Shown here: positions 52,204 through 63,229 of the stretch, in pieces
Layout of the letters: every line of letters starts with the position of its first letter
How positions within the stretch are numbered: the stretch's first letter is position 1
Source of the DNA: Phoronis australis
Lineage: Eukaryota; Animalia; Phoronida
Reading direction: 5' to 3'
Length of the DNA stretch: 64,000 bases
NCBI GenBank assembly: GCA_002633005.1
Contig: NMRA01000074.1
Coordinates: 62,001 to 126,000 of the forward strand
Made by a program: the position numbers and the translations under genes
Notes under the pieces: model-generated
What the model was told of the DNA's origin: nothing
The model's input: only the letters and a program-made list of their open reading frames with translations
Database searches by the model: none

Positions 52204-52840
52204 TTAAATTCAGTATACCTAACTTCACTATAGTTTTGTTGCTAAAAACAGCCGTTCGCCGTGTTTTCTTGCAGAAAATATCCGACATGGTGATGCCTGC
52301 CTGAAAAAATACGGACTTCACTTGTCTTTTTACAATCCCTAAGGCGGTTGAGTTTCGGATTCGTTGGGTCATTGCTATACGCCGCGACGAAGGAAAACAT
52401 TTCCGGGTAAAATTTATAAATGTTTTCGAAAGTTTGATCACATTTTGTCACATCTTGGTTGCTGAGCATCATAGCAACGACCGGTGAATCTTCGTCCAGC
52501 CAGGCTGTGTGTCCCTAATTCACTGCGACAGGGCATAGGCTATGCTTGATGTACGTTAACCAGATTTGACTTGCACATGACAGCAAAATGTGATGCGCCA
52601 CCACTGTTAAATATAACTTCAACTCTTCAAAAATGCGAGCAGATGACGTGGGTTCGTGTAGAAAGCATTTTTATCAGCAATTCACAGAAAGAAACGTAAC
52701 CCTGCATTCAGCATATATTTAATCGTTAACACGATCGCCGCAGTTGCAACGCCGCCATATTGGAAATGGGTCAGAATCTTGCATTGTTGTTAAGCCGGTA
52801 AACAAGTACGTCGGCAAGCGTGGGCGCGAACCGTCCACAG

Positions 52841-53080
52841 AGAGGTTATACGTGTTGTGTGCCTGGCTGTTATAATACCAGTTAGCGAGATAAAAAATTT
52901 AGTTACTACCTGTTTCCCAAGGATCAAGAACTGCGTTAAACATGGGTAGAGCTGGTAGCAAAGACCGTCTTAATGAATTCTTTCCGACTTCATAGCGCAT
53001 AAAGCGGTATGCAGCGCTCATTTTGAGAGCGGCAAGAAAACGTATCTTGGAAACTGCCAACAATATTTCCCTTGAAAGAA
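52841..53080 (+). pseudogene. Decayed THAP domain, THAP11/Ronin-like
   Basis: [37 protein letters not shown] / FFPTS / AHKAVCSAHFESGKKTYLGN / PTIFPLKE, read across frameshifts. Confidence 0.8.
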
Positions 53081-54122
53081 ACGGTAACAAATACTTCACG
53101 GCGGATGGTACTGAAAAAAAGTTGTTTTCGCTTAATCAGAACCAAGCCAACATGAGCAATTTTGAGGATAATGCCTCTGCACAACCACCTGTTCTGGGTC
53201 GACTCACTTTAACGTACGCACAACGCGCTAAGATAAAGCGTGCAGATTATTATTCTTTACTTTCTACAAAATTGTGGTGCATTGCTATCAAGATTCGTTG
53301 TTAAATTACGATCATTTCAAGTTCAGAAAATTGTGCTGAAATCCTAGGGCGAAATCTCCGTCGCCGACAAATGCGTAGCTGCCGGTATCGCAATCGTCGA
53401 TAGGGCTTGAATTCTTGAATAAGAATACAGCTTCGACTCAACAAATTACCTGAAATCCTCCTCAAGTTTTCCAAATAGCGTCTCTAAGATTTTAAAGTTC
53501 TTGGAGTCTGGATTAACTGCAGATTAAGTCCAAATCTGCGCTAGATTGTAGCCTGCAACACGAGAAAAATCTCTGGAGGAACACATATTGTTGTCACGTG
53601 ACGTTTGTTTTGAAGTTTGTATGCGTGTGTGTGAGAGTAAGCGTGCGTGTGCTTGTCATCAGAGTTCATTTGCCAGAGTAAATGCGTTGTAATGATCTAG
53701 GTGTGCATTGTATCCAAAGAAATTAACTCAAGCAGTCAAGCAGAGCGAGTTTAATATTTAGCTTAGAACTTGCTGGCCTCATCAGCTGAAAAAACATTCG
53801 AGAATTGTTTCGGTAAGACCGATATGCCACTCATTGAGTCGTCGGGTGAGTGGATGCGTGACCGTAGTGTAACTGCTATTTTCCGGAAGATTCGGAGTGT
53901 AAGGGTGCGAATGTGTTCACTATCAGTGGGTCATTTTGACTTTAAAAACACCAATTATGATTAGTTAAATAATTTCTCTTAAAAATGATGCAAAAGTATT
54001 TTAGGGTATTAGAAACTTTCGAAAATTAGTGCCAATATTTATTTCTTGCCGATGCTACATGTATGTTACCCGTTTCATGAATAGATAGTTCCCGACTAAA
54101 TGTCTTCGATGACAGCCAGTAC

Positions 54123-54157
54123 CATAGACATCTTAATACAATAATGTGATGTCTATG
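54123..54157. mobile_element. 35-bp hAT-like micro-MITE
   Basis: TIR CATAGACATC / GATGTCTATG; perfect 8-bp TSD GCCAGTAC (54115-54122, 54158-54165). Confidence 0.85.
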
Positions 54158-54290
54158 GCCAGTACATTATGCAGCGCGCGCTTCTTGGCCGCGTGCTAAC
54201 ACTGGTCGAGTTTTGTTTATTTGTCTTCGATTCACGGCGTAAGTTTCAAGTGTATACGGAAATGACGGTGAGGCTCGTGGTCTACAAATT

Positions 54291-54698
54291 CAGGGCCCGG
54301 TCTCCAATCTTTTTACTCGAAATGGAACTCGAAATTAGGTTTGGCATTTTCTACTCTACTTTTAGGCGAACTCAAGATAAGTGTCTATTATTCTATGCTT
54401 GAGTACACAATAACTTACTTAGATAATTTATTGCCCTTAGTTCACAGTTTGTAAACCCAATATTAAAGCAATAAGTTCGAGTTTGAACTCGAAATTTCGA
54501 GTTTTTACTCGAGTTTGTAGCACGAATATAAGGGTCTTCAAGGGAAAACTTGAACTAGAAACTCCTATGCATAAACTATAATGTATTCGAGCACAGTCTG
54601 AAAACCAATTATATTAAGTTCGCACAAAAGGAGCAGAGACATTTCCAAAAATAGTTTCGAGTTTGTTTCTAGTACAAAGATTAGAGACCGGGGCCCAG
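54291..54698. mobile_element. MITE (Harbinger-like GGGCCC ends)
   Basis: CAGGGCCCGGTCTCCAATCTTT / AAAGATTAGAGACCGGGGCCCAG; internal AACTCGA repeats. Confidence 0.75.
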
Positions 54699-57599
54699 GA
54701 CTGTCGAATCTTTCAATTGATAAATTGGAGACGTTAGCACTGCAGGTAAGGCACTTTTCGCATGTAGTTCATGGGCTGGGCGCTTACTTTAGCGAAGTCT
54801 GAAAACGCGTTGGGGCACTTATTGGGACATGGGCGCTTATTAGGGCGAATAGCGGCAGAATTACATACAGCAGCATAGTTTAACACACACAAACCACACG
54901 TCGTGCAAACCAATCGGCCATTCCACATACCCTAATCAATCCCAATAGCCTTTGCGCACCTAATTTCCGGACATGCGCAATCGTTAAATCGATTCGGTTT
55001 GCAACTCCGCTATTGCAACAGGGGGCCGTCATCTTGAACAAGAGTGCAGCTACAGCAGAGCAAGTGGTCTTTTTTCTTTCTTAACATGCTCACAAATACA
55101 AAAGAAAACACATTCACTTGGCCTGCGTGCAATACCTAACTAAAATTGCCCCCAAGCCTGGCCTACCCCTAGATTTTAATATTTTGGGACTGCAAACTGG
55201 CCGCGTCCGCAGCTTAATAGTTCAGTGCCCCCTTATCGCAGTGAGCCTCGCTTTGGATTTTAATGCCCGCCGCGTGAATTAGAAGTATAGTCATGCGCGG
55301 ATAACGGGCAAAAACGTGGCTGAATGCATCATGGTCACTCTTGATTAAGATCAGTATCGACATTGCCAAATGGAGAAAGAAGGAGATGGCGCAGCAAATA
55401 CGAATGGTGATATCGTCGGCGTCGGCCCACACAAACACCCTCTTTTAGCCTCACGCACACGCTTTTCCTAAAGCAGCCTGTTCGCACTCGATATCGTGAG
55501 AAAAACCTTGCTGTCACAACGAAAATTTATTTTTTTATTTTTTGATGAACAGTCCAAAAAGAGGACATCTCCCTAATGAAAAATATGAAACAAGATCCGA
55601 AACTGGAGAAAAACCCTCATTGACGGTGTGTGCCGTAGTTCGGCGTTGGCGGTGATGTACAAGCGATGCTTACACGTACATGCGAGTACTAGTGGGGACA
55701 ATTTACCATACTGGCGCTGATGCATGTCTAATACAACAAAGACATAGTTAGTGACAACGTTTTGAGAAAATAAATCCCAGAAAGACAAAATTTGGGTGCG
55801 TATAGGCTGATGTGTATCTCGTCGAAGAACTGGAAGTTGAACTTACAGCATGTACATTGAGTTAAATGCCTTATCTTTTGTTGCGTTTGCAGTTATTAAC
55901 AATAACTTATGAATGTATTGAAAACTTATTGCGCCGCTCACCGTGACTGTTTAACTCCTCAATATAGGGTGCACAGAAAAAGGTAGAGAGCGAAATATCA
56001 TCAAAAGGTCCACTGTTTTAAAATTTCGAATCACTCCTTTCTTAAGTCAGGCTGCGTTCCTGTTGGAACATTTTAAGATTGTCGGATCACACCTCAGAGA
56101 CGCTGAAATGATAGCACAAGAAGTTGTGGAAAATTTTTCAAAGTTTTTTGAGCTGGATATACAAAACTAGACACAAAACCAGCAATTTGTTATTTTGTGG
56201 TATAAAAATTATAATTGCAGTGGAGTATTGATGTAACTGGTAGAGAACCCCCGGTTCTGTTTTCCACGAGTGCCTAAGAGATCAGGCCAGTCGCTTGGGT
56301 GGGCGACGGTTACGAACGCACGTGAAAAAGTGGTCGACCCAAGGAGACAAAAATATATAATCATCTCAAACCCGTTTCTGCCATCTCGGGGAATAAATCA
56401 CTATTTGTGCTTTTCTCGGACACAAAAAGTGTTAGTGAACAGGCATTCATTGTTCTATTGGGATTTAAAAGCAAGGTGTCAGTGTAACGAATACCCCGGC
56501 GACGACAATGTTGTTATTCAATACACACAATTTCATTTCATATGGCAAACTGTTCAGACGACTGGTATCTTGATACAGTTTGAACTCTTGTTGTATTTTG
56601 ACAATGAGTGGCCATCGTGTAACTGTAAGTAAAAATAAACTCCAACCCATTCTGGCAACACTAACTGCGTGACCTTCGCTTTTACCGCGTGAATCCGCTA
56701 CTACCTGCTATCGTCAAGGCGACATTTCATGTTGCGGAATTTCCGACATAAACTGTCACCATCGATACAAATTGTCGCCTTGGCTACAAGCTATGTCCTA
56801 ACACACGGTCACGTGTTTATACATGCCTGAGCACTGTTTGCATTTTGCATACAAACAATTTCTTTGCTTGCCAAATATCTTAAGAATATGTGGTGTCATG
56901 ATGTTTTTGAGCGTGAAGGGCCCATTTTTATAGGCGAATTCGCATCGCGAATATACTAAATTGCGCTAAAATAGGGGTATCAAGTTAAATGTAAAAGCCA
57001 ATCAAATACAACTAAAAATTTCGTCATCGGTAGCACCAAATAAGAGAATTGACCAACATACACCCTTTAAAGTATAATAACCCACTAGCTTCTGGAATTA
57101 AACATAGTCTTAACTCACGACTTGACCAATAGACGGCGCTCCCGTCACACAACATTCAGTTGTGGCAGCGCATAACTCATACCTGATTAAAGCTATTAAT
57201 CGAAACGTTGATCATGAACACCGTTATCATTTGCGTCGCTATCTTCCTAATATTGCTAATTTGCTCCAAGACTTCAATAAATTTTCCCGTAAGAAGTTCT
57301 TGAAATCTATAGAATACCCAATACAAGATACAAGTACATAAACAGCATTCTACGAAATTGTTTTACTAACCTTTAATGAGTTTACGGAACGACATCTGAA
57401 TTTCTCACATTTAATGCCAAGCAGTGATTTTTTACAATCTATTGCAGTTGTATCTCCCCTGTTGTACTCTCTCCTCACTCGACAAACGGTCTTACGTCAT
57501 CTAATCTAACTAAAAGTAGAACTCAAAATTATTTTTGATATTTTCCTTCCACTTTAGGCCTATTGCAAACTCATGATTATTGTCTGTTTTTCACTACTC

Positions 57600-58415
57600 T
57601 AGTATGTTATGTCAAGTTTCTATGAAATCCGTCAATCGGTTCTTTGAGATATCATCTGGACGCTTGTCCCCAAAAATACTTGAAAACCCCTGTCGAGAAC
57701 AAAACGGCCACCAGGAGGTGGTCCACTTGACGGATCCGCAGGAAAATTAAATGGTGCCGGCTCACTGACATCACAAACTTACATTGAATTCCTTTAACTG
57801 GTTCTCTGTATACCATCCGGAAACGCTTTCGCATAAAACGGCCATCAGGAGGCACTGCAGTTGTCGAATCCGCTCGAAAATCAAATGGTGCCGGATCATT
57901 TACATGATATACCTCTGGGGCAAGTTTCATTGAAATCTGCAAGCAGTTCTCATTATATCATCCGGAAACGGTGTTCCCCAAAACAACTCTTGAAAATCCC
58001 CTCGTCGAGAACAAAATGGCCACTAGGAGTTGTTGCGGTGGTCAAATCTGCCTAATTTTTTTCTTGTCGATGCATCGATATCACACACCTTTGTGTAAAG
58101 TTTCATTGAAATCCGCCGATCCGTTCTCTAGATAACATCCGGAAACACTCTTCCTAAACATACCGAAAAAGCTACCTCCCCTGTCCCCAGGTGGCGAAGC
58201 AGTTTGAAAAGTAGCGCAAACCGTTCCAGTAATGCCCCACACCCTTGTGTCAAATTTCACTAAAATCCGATTAGGGGTTTTTGAGATATTGGGGGGACAC
58301 CTGGACGTCCAGGGAAATATGCGATCACACACACACACACGCGCGCGCGCTCGCGCACACGCACACACGCACACATAAACACGCGCACGCACGCACACAC
58401 TCGCACGCATGTATG
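57600..58415 (-). mobile_element. HINE-like tandem-unit element related to the 22-25 kb family, opposite orientation
   Basis: ~135-180-bp units with GGCCACCAGGAGG-type motifs (57705, 57841, 58018) and AAGTTTCATTGAAATC; ends in a CA/CG microsatellite. Confidence 0.6.
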
Positions 58416-58440
58416 ATTGTATATATGTATGTATGTATTA

Positions 58441-58443
<3 letters not shown>

Positions 58444-58516
<73 letters not shown>
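58444..58516. repeat. (TG)~36 microsatellite
   Basis: Direct reading. Confidence 0.97.
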
Positions 58517-58520
<4 letters not shown>

Positions 58521-59522
58521 CTTCAGAACCCATGTTTGTTTAACAAAACCTGCATCATAAAATGTTTTACACAGTTTCCGAAAATACGCCTCTCCTTTCC
58601 AAAATATACCCGGATGTATATTCAGTTACATGTCACGTCCACGGGCCTAATACTGTATTCCGAAACTCGCGCTCTTTTGGTGCCGACAACTAACATCTGT
58701 CAATAATGAATTTGACAATTTACTTTCATTCTTCCCAAATTTGATGACAATGCAAGCTACCTGACAGTATACTGATTCGAAAAAAAAACGAGCACCAGAG
58801 AAGCTTTCAGAAATTGCAGAATGTTGAACGAGTGTAAGCCTTCACCTAAGCGATTATAACATCACCAGAGTTCACGGAAAGTCGGCCTTTCTTCTGTTGG
58901 TTGTCTGGAAACACGCATACAAGTACAATATACCATACTGCACCCAGACACTGAACTAAGCACAGGCAAATGGGTGTCAACGGGGTGATCGTTGGTTCGT
59001 CTATACAACCAGGCTTCGGTTTAATGGCTCTCGGTGACATTCTTTGGCTGTTCGAGCGATCCACGATCAGGATTACTATGGTTAAGTTAGCGAGAATTAC
59101 ACACAATGGCCAAGTGCAACGGTCGAAAGCACTCTTTTCGTTTTCTGTGTTTCGCGCGCTTTTGGCTACCACAACCATTTCTGTTCCGTGCGTCGGATCT
59201 CAGTGACTGCAAAACAAGCATATATTTAAGCTTATATGTATGATCATATTAGCAAGTCTGTACATTAAGCCAAACATCTTCAAAACTATGGAATTTAACT
59301 CGGCAAAGGAATAAAGTTTATGAAAGCAGAAATTCTGTAGAATTTGATTTTTGACTTTTCCCCAATCTGCCATCATAGTTCACGCGACCCTAATTCGTAG
59401 TGATCAATTTTCTGTTTCGTTTTCGATTTATGCTACTGGCTTTTCATGAAATCATTGACAATTTATAGTTTATTTGTATTTGTATTGAAGGCCTCTGGCC
59501 CAAAGTACAATAAACAAAACAA

Positions 59523-62500
59523 TTAATCAGGCACATTTGCACAAGCAGTCAACCCATTTAAGAGTTGTTCTCGTCTTTTAAGGGCAAAATACACATATTT
59601 AACAGCAGATATATCTGGATTAGCGAGCAGGCGTATACAGGATTCTTGAGTTGGATGCCTCCATTGAACTTCCTTCATAAAACGTGACCTAAGTTCACAA
59701 TATCCCTTGCAAACCAACAGGAAATGGTATTCATCCTCTACAAGACCATCATTGCACGCCATACATAATCTATTGTAATATTCCACTTTCTCGTGTCTAC
59801 CCACTTCCACTTGTAGTCTGTGGTTGGAGCAACGTAAACGAGTAAACGCTTGAATAAGACTATTGTGTAGCGGTAACTTAAGATATGGTTCAAAACAGTA
59901 CAGAGTCTTAAAGTTAGAGTAGAATTTAAGTTTTGCATTATGCTCAATTTCTGATCGCCAACCTTGCTCATAACAGTCATTAACTCTTTGCGCGAAGAAA
60001 CTTAAAAACGAGGCTTCGCACGTGACACCTTGATTCAACCAAATTTGATAAAAACCGTATTTTGATAGCAATTGTCTAACAGAAGATACCCAAGTATTTC
60101 TTCCATTCCTATCTAAATCAACTAACATGTCATAAGCCGCTTTAGCGTATCTAGTAGGTGGCATTTTCAATAACTTTAGCCAATATTTTACACACGTGAC
60201 ATAATACTTTGCATAGAGCGGATAAATTCCACATTCACCCAATACAGCTGCGTTTGAGCAAGAGTTTCCAACTCCAAGAGCAATTTTACAGAATTTAACA
60301 TAAACATTTTCAAGCCATTCGTATTCTTTGAATCCCCAGATTTCCGCGCCGTAGCACATAGTTGGTACAGCAATTTTATCAAACAGTTCAAGTGATAGGC
60401 TCAATGGTAATTCCGTGCACCGGTTTCTAATTTTAGAGATGGACATAGCAGCTTTACTACCTTGACGTGCCAGAGTTTTAGTGGCTTTGGACCAGACTAA
60501 TCTTGGTGTGAAAAATATTCCAAGATATTTATATTGGGAGACAACCTCCACTACTTGGTTTCCATAATACCACTTCTCATACGCTCTGAGTGGCCCGCCA
60601 TTTCTAAAAACAACGATCTTAGTTTTTTTCAGATTTACACTCATGCCCCAAGAAGAGCAATAATCATAAAGGCAATTTAACATTCTTTGCAAATTAATTT
60701 GAGTGCTCGAACACAGAACCATGTCATCAGCATACAACAGCGATTTGACGTGCGGAGCCTCTTCATTGATATAAATCCCTCTAATATTTTGGGCATTATC
60801 TAGGACTTCGATAAATTCGTTCAGATACATGATAAATAATAGTGGGCTGATCATACACCCTTGTCTGGTGCCGACAGAACAGTCAAAAAAGTCGGTTAAC
60901 CCTTCTCGGGTCCTTACGCATGAACGTAATTTGCTGTACATGGATTTCAAGATTTTAAGTACGTTACCATGGACACCAATTTTTTGTAATCTATACCAGA
61001 GTAGCATGTGGGGAACTCTGTCAAACGCCTTCGAAAAGTCGACAAAAGCACAATAAAAACGACCCCCGGGCTTAGTGATATATTTTTGGCACATGGCCTG
61101 AAGCGTAAACATTTGGTCCTGAGTGCAATAGCCCTTGCGGAATCCCGCCTGTGATTCACGAAGTTCGTCATTTGCCTCAGCCCAGGTCCTAAGCCGGTTG
61201 TTCAAAAGTTTGGTGAATAGCTTTCCTACTGCAGACAACAATGAGATACCTCTATAATTGTTCTCATCTTCAGTGTTACCCTGTTTAAATATAGGAACAA
61301 TTATTGCGTCACACCAGCCCTGTGGGTAGTGACCTGTAGCGAGAATTCCATTGAAAAGCAGTTCCAATACAGGAACAATAGCTACCCTCGTACTCTTCAA
61401 CATCTCAAACACAACGTGATCAATGCCGGCCGCTTTGCCGTTTGGCAGATCCATTATAGCGCAGTCAATTTCCTCACATGAGAAACAAGTGTTCATATCA
61501 CTGGGTAAATTTTTGTCACAAGCATCACAGTAATTGTCATGATTTTCTTGTTGTCTTACGACCGCATTTGACATAGTGTCGTTCGGTTCCATCCGTTCAT
61601 TGAGCAACAAATTAAAATACGTGTACCACCGTTCTGGAGTTATCGCAGTTTCCTTCGGACTACTATTAAATTTTGATTTTACCAAAGCCCAGAATTGCTT
61701 TGGATTATTTCTACTATCCAAAATATTTTCTAGCAACTTCGATTGGTGCTCTTTTTCTTTTTCTTTGTATAGCATGCGAAATTGTTTCTTATTTTCTTTG
61801 TATACTGCCAATTTTCCAGGGGAAGAGTCTCTCCGAAAAATATTCAAAGAGTGATTTTTTAGTTTTTTCGCAGTATGTAATTCTTTGTCCCACCAAGGGG
61901 GTTGTTTGCTCTGCCTTTTAGCATAAGTACGTTTATTTTTAAACATTGCCATCGATGTAGCAGTTTGTTTATACAGATTTGTGATACCTTCTGTTGCACT
62001 TTCTATGTCGCCACGAGCAATCTGTTCAACTACTCGATCTAGACTTTCTGATAGGCAATTTGAGAACACTTCATGGAATTCTGCTACTCGGCCACTATCC
62101 CACTCCAGTCGAGTGTTTGATTTCGATGCTGATTGGCTAACGCTACAACGACTGTCATACACACAATTACCTGCAACATTACAAACAATAGGAAAATGGT
62201 CAGACTCGTCAAATGTGCCTACACTAAAATCTGAAATATGTTGAAAGAGACTTGTCGATACTATCAAATAGTCTACAGTGCTACAACCACCTGAAGCGTG
62301 ACATGTAAACTCGCCATGTTTATCACCCTGACTCCTACCGTTAACTATATGCATGTTTAAGTCACAACACAATTCAATTAAAGTTTTGCCAAAATTATTT
62401 ACAGTTTCATCCTTAGACTGCCTGGGCCAACAAAATGTGTCACTATCGTACCAATCTTGACACGTTAAGAAATCCGCACTGTCATCTAGAATATAGTCTT

Positions 62501-62981
62501 GCAAGTTCCCAACTCTAGCATTTAGGTCACCCATGACCACAAAATGACAATCACAAAACTTCTGAGACAAATTCAACAACTCTTGGCCAAGCAGGGTTAC
62601 CCCATTTTTCTCTGCGGAGTTTTCATACACTGGCGACCCTTCTGGGGCTACATAAATAAAACAAATAATAACATCGTTGTCCGTCTTAAACAACCTTTTG
62701 TCGCCCTTTATGACTACACCGTGAATATGATCAACCTTCAAACGTCTAAAATATTTTCCTAATTCATCTTTGATAAATACACTCACTCCTCCGGAGTTTC
62801 TTCCAAATTTTCTTCTCTTTATGTTTTGCACATCGAAATTTACATAGCCTGGTACACTAAACTGGTTTGGTTTATTTGCCCATGTTTCACTGACTGCTAC
62901 TACATGATACCTAGATATAAAGTCAATAACCTCAGATTGTCCAATCTTTTTGGCGAGACCATGTGCGTTCCAGCTCATCAA
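59523..62981 (-). CDS. LINE ORF2: APE endonuclease + reverse transcriptase + C-terminal CCHC
   Basis: 1152 aa, uninterrupted. EN motifs SWN, SETW, GDLNAR, TVDY, SDH; RT motifs YRGISLL, QAGFR, DFSKAFD, GTRQG, YADD, YKYLG; CMAC...HFLLVC. Confidence 0.97.
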   Translation of the reverse strand: MMSWNAHGLAKKIGQSEVIDFISRYHVVAVSETWANKPNQFSVPGYVNFDVQNIKRRKFGRNSGGVSVFIKDELGKYFRRLKVDHIHGVVIKGDKRLFKTDNDVIICFIYVAPEGSPVYENSAEKNGVTLLGQELLNLSQKFCDCHFVVMGDLNARVGNLQDYILDDSADFLTCQDWYDSDTFCWPRQSKDETVNNFGKTLIELCCDLNMHIVNGRSQGDKHGEFTCHASGGCSTVDYLIVSTSLFQHISDFSVGTFDESDHFPIVCNVAGNCVYDSRCSVSQSASKSNTRLEWDSGRVAEFHEVFSNCLSESLDRVVEQIARGDIESATEGITNLYKQTATSMAMFKNKRTYAKRQSKQPPWWDKELHTAKKLKNHSLNIFRRDSSPGKLAVYKENKKQFRMLYKEKEKEHQSKLLENILDSRNNPKQFWALVKSKFNSSPKETAITPERWYTYFNLLLNERMEPNDTMSNAVVRQQENHDNYCDACDKNLPSDMNTCFSCEEIDCAIMDLPNGKAAGIDHVVFEMLKSTRVAIVPVLELLFNGILATGHYPQGWCDAIIVPIFKQGNTEDENNYRGISLLSAVGKLFTKLLNNRLRTWAEANDELRESQAGFRKGYCTQDQMFTLQAMCQKYITKPGGRFYCAFVDFSKAFDRVPHMLLWYRLQKIGVHGNVLKILKSMYSKLRSCVRTREGLTDFFDCSVGTRQGCMISPLLFIMYLNEFIEVLDNAQNIRGIYINEEAPHVKSLLYADDMVLCSSTQINLQRMLNCLYDYCSSWGMSVNLKKTKIVVFRNGGPLRAYEKWYYGNQVVEVVSQYKYLGIFFTPRLVWSKATKTLARQGSKAAMSISKIRNRCTELPLSLSLELFDKIAVPTMCYGAEIWGFKEYEWLENVYVKFCKIALGVGNSCSNAAVLGECGIYPLYAKYYVTCVKYWLKLLKMPPTRYAKAAYDMLVDLDRNGRNTWVSSVRQLLSKYGFYQIWLNQGVTCEASFLSFFAQRVNDCYEQGWRSEIEHNAKLKFYSNFKTLYCFEPYLKLPLHNSLIQAFTRLRCSNHRLQVEVGRHEKVEYYNRLCMACNDGLVEDEYHFLLVCKGYCELRSRFMKEVQWRHPTQESCIRLLANPDISAVKYVYFALKRREQLLNGLTACANVPD

Positions 62982-63023
62982 GGATATGCCGTTTGTATAC
63001 AGGGGTGGGCCTTGGCCTCCATC

Positions 63024-63229
63024 CTATCTGTTGCATTCAAACACTCTGTTGTTGTCTTCGTCGTACATATAAGTTTTCCTATCGTGAATGAGTTTGTCAT
63101 ACCGTATGCTTGCATTTTCCATGTCGTTTCCCTTCGAGAATTTATACAGTTCCTTTCTGGCATTGCGCACTCTAACTGAAAAATCTTCGGTAATGTGGAT
63201 GGCTGGGTTTTGTAGGTTTTTGCGTTTCT
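63024..63229 (-). CDS. LINE ORF1 C-terminal remnant
   Basis: KRKNLQNPAIHITEDFSVRVRNARKEL...ASIRYDKLI, typical of the C-terminal domain of L1/transposase_22-like ORF1 proteins; cut at the TSD. Confidence 0.8.

Larger units (their letters stand above)
59467..63229 (-). mobile_element. Young 5'-truncated non-LTR retrotransposon (RTE-X-like; clade tentative)
   Basis: Perfect 15-bp TSD TCATTGACAATTTAT (59452-59466, 63230-63244); ORF1 C-terminus, intact ORF2, short 3' UTR with GGCC-AGA-GGCC hairpin and CAAATA-type tail. Confidence 0.95.

Noticed and set aside
56465-56626. EFKLYQ...AGVFVTLTP as SLC22 exon 1
   Set aside because: Not hydrophobic enough for TM1, and it ends in TAA with no phase-2 donor.
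58081-58706. VC- and HT-rich ORFs
   Set aside because: Translations of CA, CG and TG microsatellites.
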